NCBI GenBank assembly: GCA_036262515.1
Contig: DATAIT010000082.1
Coordinates: 654-64,653 of the forward strand
Origin: Acidimicrobiales bacterium
GTDB lineage: Bacteria > Actinomycetota > Acidimicrobiia > Acidimicrobiales > GCA-2861595
DNA: 64,000 bases
Reading direction: 5' to 3'
Shown: in pieces, positions 58,895 through 64,000 of the stretch
Layout: every line of letters starts with the position of its first letter
Numbering within the stretch: position 1 is the first letter of the stretch
Notes under the pieces: model-generated
What the model was told of the DNA's origin: nothing
The model's database searches: none
What the model saw: only the letters and a program-made list of their open reading frames with translations
Position numbers and translations under genes: made by a program

Positions 58895-59089
58895 ATGCCG
58901 AAGATGAAGCGCACGTTCCAGGTGGAGATCGAAGCCAAGCTGCTCGTCGACGCGTTCGACGAGGCGTCCGCCCGAAAGAAGGTCGAGAAGACGTTCGCCC
59001 GGGCGCGTGCCCTCGATCCCGACGTGCGGGCGTCCGGCGACATCTGGACCTACGAGACGTCGATCGCCACCCAACCGGCCGCGTCCTGA
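58895..59089 (+). CDS. small hypothetical protein (64 aa)
   Basis: High-GC3 ORF following an AT-rich leader. ATG 58904 is an alternative start. Confidence 0.5.
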   Translation: MPKMKRTFQVEIEAKLLVDAFDEASARKKVEKTFARARALDPDVRASGDIWTYETSIATQPAAS

Positions 59090-59129
59090 TCGCCACCGCC
59101 GGGGGACCGGTAGCTCGTAGCATGGGGCC

Positions 59130-59228
59130 ATGGCGAACAAGGCACCCGCAGCACCGCAGCAGAAGAAGCAAGGGAAGTCCCTGAAGGAGAAGCGCGCAGA
59201 CAAGAAGGCGAAGAAGGCCTCGCGCTGA
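59130..59228 (+). CDS. very small Lys-rich hypothetical protein (32 aa: MANKAPAAPQQKKQGKSLKEKRADKKAKKASR)
   Basis: Manual translation. It is not in the ORF track, and its SD is weak. Confidence 0.35.
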   Translation: MANKAPAAPQQKKQGKSLKEKRADKKAKKASR

Positions 59229-59313
59229 CCCGGACGGCGACGGCCGTTCGGACGGCGTTCGGAGGATGCTCGCGGGTGGCTGCGCCCGCCGGCGACCGCC
59301 ACGACGGCCGGCG

Positions 59314-59970
59314 TCAGGCCTCGCGCACGACCTTCACGTTGAGGTGGCCGGTGCCGGTGGCCCCCCACAGGCGCAGCCAGAGCGGGATGTACATCTCGAG
59401 CCCCCGTGCCGCACCGATGTCGCCGAGGTCCAGAATGTCGTCGGGCGGCCAACCGAAGCTCTCGAGAAGCCCGCGGACCTCGCCCTTGGCATCGTCGTCG
59501 TTGCCCGCCACGAACATGGTGTGCGAACCTCCGGCGATCGCCGGGTTCACCATGACGTCGCAGTTGACGGTGTTGAGCGACTTCACGACGCGCGCCTCGG
59601 GAAACGTGCGCTGGATCCGCTCGCCCAGACTGTCGGTGTTGCAGGGGTCCAACGTGGGCGGCATCCCTCCCGAGAAGTCGAGCGCATTGGCCACGTCGAG
59701 CAGGACCTTGCCCGCCAGGTTCTGCGCGCCGGCCGCGGTGAGCGCGTCGATCGATGCCATGCCCGCCGTGGCGTTGACGACGAGGGCGGCGGACGAGGCG
59801 GCGTCGGCGAAGGAACCCTCGGATGCGAGATCGCCCGCCGACGCCGCCCACACCGCTGCCTTGTCGTTGCCGGCCTGCCGCGAACCCATGGTGACGGCGT
59901 GCCCGACGGAGACCAGCTTGGTGGCGAGCGTCTGACCGACGACGCCGGTGCCGAGGACGGCGACGTTCAT
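59314..59970 (-). CDS. NADP-binding oxidoreductase (NADPH-dependent F420 reductase / ProC-like fold)
   Basis: It has the Rossmann N-terminus MNVAVLGTGVVGQTLA. The length and C-terminus resemble NpdG-type proteins. Confidence 0.65.
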   Translation of the reverse strand: MNVAVLGTGVVGQTLATKLVSVGHAVTMGSRQAGNDKAAVWAASAGDLASEGSFADAASSAALVVNATAGMASIDALTAAGAQNLAGKVLLDVANALDFSGGMPPTLDPCNTDSLGERIQRTFPEARVVKSLNTVNCDVMVNPAIAGGSHTMFVAGNDDDAKGEVRGLLESFGWPPDDILDLGDIGAARGLEMYIPLWLRLWGATGTGHLNVKVVREA

Positions 59971-59983
59971 GAGCCCGACCCGA

Positions 59984-60259
59984 TCAATCGACCGCGAGGC
60001 GGCTCATGAGGTCCGCCTTGGTCTCCTCGAACAGTTCGTAACTGATGGTGCCCGCGTCGAACTGCTGGTGGACCTCGGCAATCCGCTCCAGCAGCTCGGG
60101 CGTGGACAACTGGTGCCCGTGGCGCGGAGGAGCGGGCTCCTCCTCCGTCGCGACGGACTCCTCGGTGCCGTCCTGGCGCCGACTGCGCTTCGCCGCCGCC
60201 TTCGCCTTCTTGTCTCGATCACGCTGGAGCTTCCCGAAGCTGCTCCGTTGACCAGCCAT
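59984..60259 (-). CDS. hypothetical protein (basic N-terminus, acidic middle)
   Basis: 91-aa ORF with coding-like GC3. Confidence 0.5.
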   Translation of the reverse strand: MAGQRSSFGKLQRDRDKKAKAAAKRSRRQDGTEESVATEEEPAPPRHGHQLSTPELLERIAEVHQQFDAGTISYELFEETKADLMSRLAVD

Positions 60260-60296
60260 GGCGGGTCTCCTTCCGAGTCGGGAGCTGGCTTGAGGC

Positions 60297-60497
60297 TCAG
60301 ATCAGACGAACGTTCTGGGCTTCCTCACCCTTGCGGCCCGGAGCGACGTCGAACTCGACGGCCTGGCCCTGCTCGAGGGAGCGGTAGCCGCCTCCCTGGA
60401 TGTTGGAGTAGTGGACGAAGACATCGTCGCCCTGCTCGCGGGAGATGAAGCCGAAGCCCTTTTCGGCGTTGAAGAACTTGACGGTACCAGTTGCCAC
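60297..60497 (-). CDS. cspA: cold-shock protein (CspA family)
   Basis: The start was moved to GTG 60497. RNP1 is KGFGFI and RNP2 is VFVHY. The protein is 66 aa. Confidence 0.9.
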   Translation of the reverse strand: MATGTVKFFNAEKGFGFISREQGDDVFVHYSNIQGGGYRSLEQGQAVEFDVAPGRKGEEAQNVRLI

Positions 60498-60612
60498 AAT
60501 GATCTCTTCTCGTCTGGCGAGCGCGTCCGATTGACCTCTCGTCACGTGCAGTGTAGGTCGGCGGACGGCTGGACCCGGGAAGCGCCCCGAGCGACCCGGT
60601 CGGGGGCGCTGG

Positions 60613-61452
60613 TCAGACGGTGGCTGCGGCAAACGTGTCGCACCCGGAGAGACGATCGGATCGGTAGCCGGTGAGGAACCACTTCTGGCGCTGCTCGGAG
60701 GATCCGTGCGTCCACGATTCGGGGTTCACCTGACCCTGGACCTGCTCCTGGATCCGGTCGTCGCCGATGGCGGCGGCGGCGTCGAGCCCGTCGCGGATGT
60801 CGGCCTCGGAGAGGTCCTCGATGAACCCGGTGTCCACTGCGCCCTTGGCCCACATGCCGGCCAGGCAGTCGGCCTGGAGCTCCAGGCGCACCCCCGAGCT
60901 CTGCGGCCCGGTCGTGCCGTCACGTGACCGGTCGAGCACGCCGCGAAGGTTCTCGACGTGGTGGCCGTACTCGTGGGCGATCACGTACGCCTCGGCGAAC
61001 GGCCCACCCTGGGCGCCGAAACGGCTCCGCAGCTCGTCGTAGAAGCCGAGATCGATGTACACCTGGCGGTCGTTGGGGCAGTAGAACGGCCCGACCGCCG
61101 ACGACGCTGCGCCGCAGCCAGTGCTGGCACTCCCCGTGAAGAACACCGTCTTCGCCGGCTGGTAGCCGTCGAGCTCGGATCCCCAGAACGTCTGGACGCT
61201 GTTCACCACACCGACGATGCGGCAGTCCTCCCGCTGGTTGGCGTCGTCACCGGTGGTGCACTCCTTGGAAAGGTCGGCGCCGGGTTCGCCGAGCTGGAGG
61301 CCGTTCGTCCCGCCGCCGCCGCCGCCGTTGAGCAGCGAGATGACCAGGACGATGATCCCGATCAGGCCGCCGCCGCCGGCCGCCAGCGGGCCCATCCCCC
61401 GGCGGTCGGACACCTGCGACGAGTCGAGTCGCGCTCCGCTCCGGAACCGCAT
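60613..61452 (-). CDS. YpfJ-type putative neutral zinc metallopeptidase
   Basis: It has an N-terminal TM segment, the motifs GPFYCP and HEYGHHV, and ELQADCLAG. Confidence 0.8.
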   Translation of the reverse strand: MRFRSGARLDSSQVSDRRGMGPLAAGGGGLIGIIVLVISLLNGGGGGGTNGLQLGEPGADLSKECTTGDDANQREDCRIVGVVNSVQTFWGSELDGYQPAKTVFFTGSASTGCGAASSAVGPFYCPNDRQVYIDLGFYDELRSRFGAQGGPFAEAYVIAHEYGHHVENLRGVLDRSRDGTTGPQSSGVRLELQADCLAGMWAKGAVDTGFIEDLSEADIRDGLDAAAAIGDDRIQEQVQGQVNPESWTHGSSEQRQKWFLTGYRSDRLSGCDTFAAATV

Positions 61453-61555
61453 CGCCCACCTTCCTTCCTCGACGGGCCTGCGACCCGTCCGGAAAGGAAC
61501 ATCCCCGCCGCCGCCGTCGGGAAACTAGGACCGCGGGCGGCGGTAGCTTCGAGAC

Positions 61556-61819
61556 ATGGACGCCTCCGAGGTTGCCCTCTTCGGCTTCGGGTACCCCGCC
61601 GCTCTCGCCGTCATCACCCGGTTCGTGCCCGTCGTGCGCGAACGGCGGTGGCGGTGGCTCGCCGTCCACCACCTGGGCGTCGCCGCCATCATCGCCGGGT
61701 GCGTGTCGAAGCGCACCACCATCGGCGTGGTCGGCAACTCGGCGTGGCTGGTCCTGTCCACCGTCTGGTACGCGCTCGGTGGCCGCCGGCGGCCATCACC
61801 CGCCGGAGCCGGCGCCTGA
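61556..61819 (+). CDS. small hypothetical membrane protein
   Basis: 87 aa, with 3 predicted hydrophobic helices. Confidence 0.45.
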   Translation: MDASEVALFGFGYPAALAVITRFVPVVRERRWRWLAVHHLGVAAIIAGCVSKRTTIGVVGNSAWLVLSTVWYALGGRRRPSPAGAGA

Positions 61820-61850
61820 CGCGCCGGCCGACCGGCCGGGCGCGGTCCGC

Positions 61851-63596
61851 TCAGCCCGCCGGAGCGATCTGGATCGGGGGCTCGATGAGCACCGGCTGCG
61901 GGGGCGCACCCACCGCCTCGAACCACGGGTCCTCCAGCCTGCCTTCCGGGCGCAGTCGCCACTTGGTGGGCACCCGGTCCACCTTCACCGGGTACACCGT
62001 GAGCATCCCGCTGGTATCGATGTGCAGCCGCACGAAGTTCTTCTTGTCCTCGATGCGCTGGGCGGCGAACAACTCGTTGGCGTTGCAGGAGAAGAACCGG
62101 TCCGCCACGTAGAGATAGGCGGCCATGACCAGGCTGCCGAGCAGGCCACCGGCGGCGCCGACCAGCACGAGGTACCCGGCCAGGTAGGGCAGCCCGTGCA
62201 CCCCGTCGAGAACCACGCCCACTCCTCGGATGACGGCCACCACCGTGACCAGGTGGGCGAGGGCGTGCGAGGCCCCCAAGCCGTACTTCTTCGGCTTCGC
62301 CGTCGCCTTGGTGAAGCCGGCCAGCCCGAGCACGAGCAGGGCCGTGACCACGAGGGCGAGGGGGCTCCTGGCGATGCCCGTGGCGATGCCTGTGGCCGAC
62401 AGGCCGTGCATGACCCTGGAGAACGTGTCGCCGGGCCGGCGGATGCCCGACTGGATGGTCCACGCGTACAGCACGTACACGGCGGCGAGCAGCGCCACGA
62501 AGCTCGGGTTCTTGCGGCCCAGGCCGACGGCTCCGCAGGCGATCCGCCGCGACTCCGACTTGGTGGGGTAGGAGATCCGGAGGTCGAACTCGTCGGGCAA
62601 CCCGGGGCGGTGGCGGCTGCGGTGCGACTCCGGGGGCGGGAGCCGCAGGTGGTCCGGAAGGTGGTGGGTGTCCGAGAGGAAGGCGCCGCCGCCCCCGGCC
62701 GTGATGAGCTGGGCGTCGCCACCGGTCTCCTGGTACCTGGCGTAATGGTGGGTATCGCCGGTGAGGTTGAGGCGCACAACCGCCCCCAGGGGCTCGATCA
62801 CCGTGCGGTGGAAGAAGTCCAGGGTGTCGTACGCATCCGGCTTGTCGTCGTTGGCGTTGACCCAGTTGGGCTTGGCCGAGCACAGGATGATCGAGTCCCC
62901 CCGCTCGACGCGCTCACCGACCACCGTGCGGAAGTACTCCAGCTGCGGCTCGTCGATGTAGGTGTCGAACTGGATGTCGATCCCCCACAGCCACCAACGA
63001 TGCGGCAGGGCAGCCGCGAAGTAGCTGCGCCGCTGCCCGGTGGTCCATCCACCGATCCAGCTGCCCTGGCAGAACACGCGGGTGAAGGCGGTGAGGCCGT
63101 CGTACCAGTCGTGGTTGCCCGGGAGGGCGAGGATCTGTGGGAACTCGGGCCCCGGCGTCCACGGCAGGGCGGCCCGGTACGGCCCGACGAGGCGGTCGCG
63201 GTAGCCGTCGATGTCGGCGGCCGGGTACACCTGGTCACCGCCCATCACGAGCAGGCGACCCCGCTGGGTGGGCAGGCTGGGCCCCCCGGCGCCGGCCAGG
63301 TCCAGCTTCTCCTCGGCGAGCAGGGTGGCCAGCGCGTACGTGGGGTTGAAGCCGTCCCCCAGGTCGGACACGTAGTCGAACCACAGCTCCGAGCGGTCCG
63401 ACAGGTCGCAGGGGGCCGAGGCCCGTCCCTCCTGGAACTCGCGCTTGTCGGCGTAGGTCCCGAAGATGCCGGACAGGAGGACCCGCAGGCCGGTGTGGAC
63501 CAGCTGGCCCGGCGACAGCCAGCGCGTCATCTCCTGCCTGGTGAAACCGGTGTCCACCGGACGCTCGGTGGCGGGCCGCGGCGGGCAGTCCGTCAT
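61851..63596 (-). CDS. metallophosphoesterase fused to a C-terminal multi-pass membrane domain
   Basis: The start was moved to ATG 63596 (MTDCPPRP), which overlaps the upstream stop (ATGA). Motifs are GGDQVYP, LPGNHDWYDGL and GDTHHY. At least 4 hydrophobic helices follow. Confidence 0.7.
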   Translation of the reverse strand: MTDCPPRPATERPVDTGFTRQEMTRWLSPGQLVHTGLRVLLSGIFGTYADKREFQEGRASAPCDLSDRSELWFDYVSDLGDGFNPTYALATLLAEEKLDLAGAGGPSLPTQRGRLLVMGGDQVYPAADIDGYRDRLVGPYRAALPWTPGPEFPQILALPGNHDWYDGLTAFTRVFCQGSWIGGWTTGQRRSYFAAALPHRWWLWGIDIQFDTYIDEPQLEYFRTVVGERVERGDSIILCSAKPNWVNANDDKPDAYDTLDFFHRTVIEPLGAVVRLNLTGDTHHYARYQETGGDAQLITAGGGGAFLSDTHHLPDHLRLPPPESHRSRHRPGLPDEFDLRISYPTKSESRRIACGAVGLGRKNPSFVALLAAVYVLYAWTIQSGIRRPGDTFSRVMHGLSATGIATGIARSPLALVVTALLVLGLAGFTKATAKPKKYGLGASHALAHLVTVVAVIRGVGVVLDGVHGLPYLAGYLVLVGAAGGLLGSLVMAAYLYVADRFFSCNANELFAAQRIEDKKNFVRLHIDTSGMLTVYPVKVDRVPTKWRLRPEGRLEDPWFEAVGAPPQPVLIEPPIQIAPAG

Positions 63597-64000
63597 CCGC
63601 CCGCACCGGCGGCGGCCACGGCCGGGCCCTTGTAGAGCTCCCACAGCTTGCCGAGGAACAGGCCGCCGAAGTCGTTCAGCGCACGGGACCGGTGGTCGCC
63701 GTCGACCCTGAAGGTCGTGAGCTGCTTCATGAAGTCGACGAGGTAGATGGTGAGGATTCCCGCGGCCACGACCTCGGCGGTGTCCTCGCCTTCGGCGTCG
63801 ACGTGACCCCGGAGGATGTGCGTGTAGAGGGTGGAGGTGTCGGTCCACACGTCGAAACCCGGATCGTCCTTCACGTCCTTGAAACCGGAGAGGGTGAGGG
63901 GGCGGCCGGCCGGATCGGCGAAGTAGAGGCGGTACTTCATCCGGGTCAGCGCAGGGTCGTCGGTATCCACGAAGAGGTTGAAGATCCCCTTCTCCACGGC
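63593..64000 (-). CDS. C-terminal fragment of a protein whose start lies beyond the window (function unknown)
   Basis: The reading frame is open to the window edge with high GC3. The stop overlaps the downstream ATG. Confidence 0.5.
   Translation of the reverse strand, partial: AVEKGIFNLFVDTDDPALTRMKYRLYFADPAGRPLTLSGFKDVKDDPGFDVWTDTSTLYTHILRGHVDAEGEDTAEVVAAGILTIYLVDFMKQLTTFRVDGDHRSRALNDFGGLFLGKLWELYKGPAVAAAGAGG

Overview
The window is about 70% GC and looks actinobacterial (Actinomycetota). Supporting markers are an Mca/MshB-type deacetylase, a WXG100 gene, an LAxTG sorting signal, an F420-type reductase fold, and the conserved phoH-ybeY-CBS/CorC-era ... recO-uppS ... glyQS-dnaG neighbourhood. 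Most of it is densely packed housekeeping sequence: dnaG (partial), ppdK, glyQS, recO, uppS, aroC, map, dinG, era, ybeY, phoH, lhr-nei, hsp20, cspA, an ECF sigma/anti-sigma pair, and many small enzymes. I saw no rRNA, tRNA, CRISPR array, transposase or integrase.

The most interesting content is a four-gene minus-strand operon at about 36.4-42.9 kb. It has the architecture of the Streptomyces ramCSAB/amfTSBA morphogen operons:
- A class III lanthipeptide synthetase (LanKC: lyase, kinase and Zn-ligand-free cyclase domains).
- A 38-aa precursor gene at 40183..40299. It is too short for the supplied ORF track. It carries the class III LLDLQ leader motif and two Ser-x-x-Ser-x(2-3)-Cys ring motifs.
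- Two half-transporter ABC exporters.

Second-tier observations:
- A WXG100 gene split by a 1-nt frameshift.
- An identical ATGATAGACT extended -10 box on each side of a divergent promoter region, between that WXG100 gene and a SAF/CpaB-like, CpaE/Ssd-like ATPase, LAxTG-anchored Ser/Thr/Gly-rich protein module.
- A (GGTGCA)n hexanucleotide microsatellite butted against the GTG start of an enolase-superfamily gene.
- A 25-nt palindromic element present twice, after dinG and after lhr.
- A CBS-pair/citrate-synthase fusion.

All functional calls come from motifs I recognise in the translated ORFs and from gene context. No database search was run. Many long ORFs in the supplied track are high-GC antisense or shadow artefacts and were discarded, and several start codons were moved downstream on the basis of Shine-Dalgarno sequences, stop/start overlaps and codon usage.
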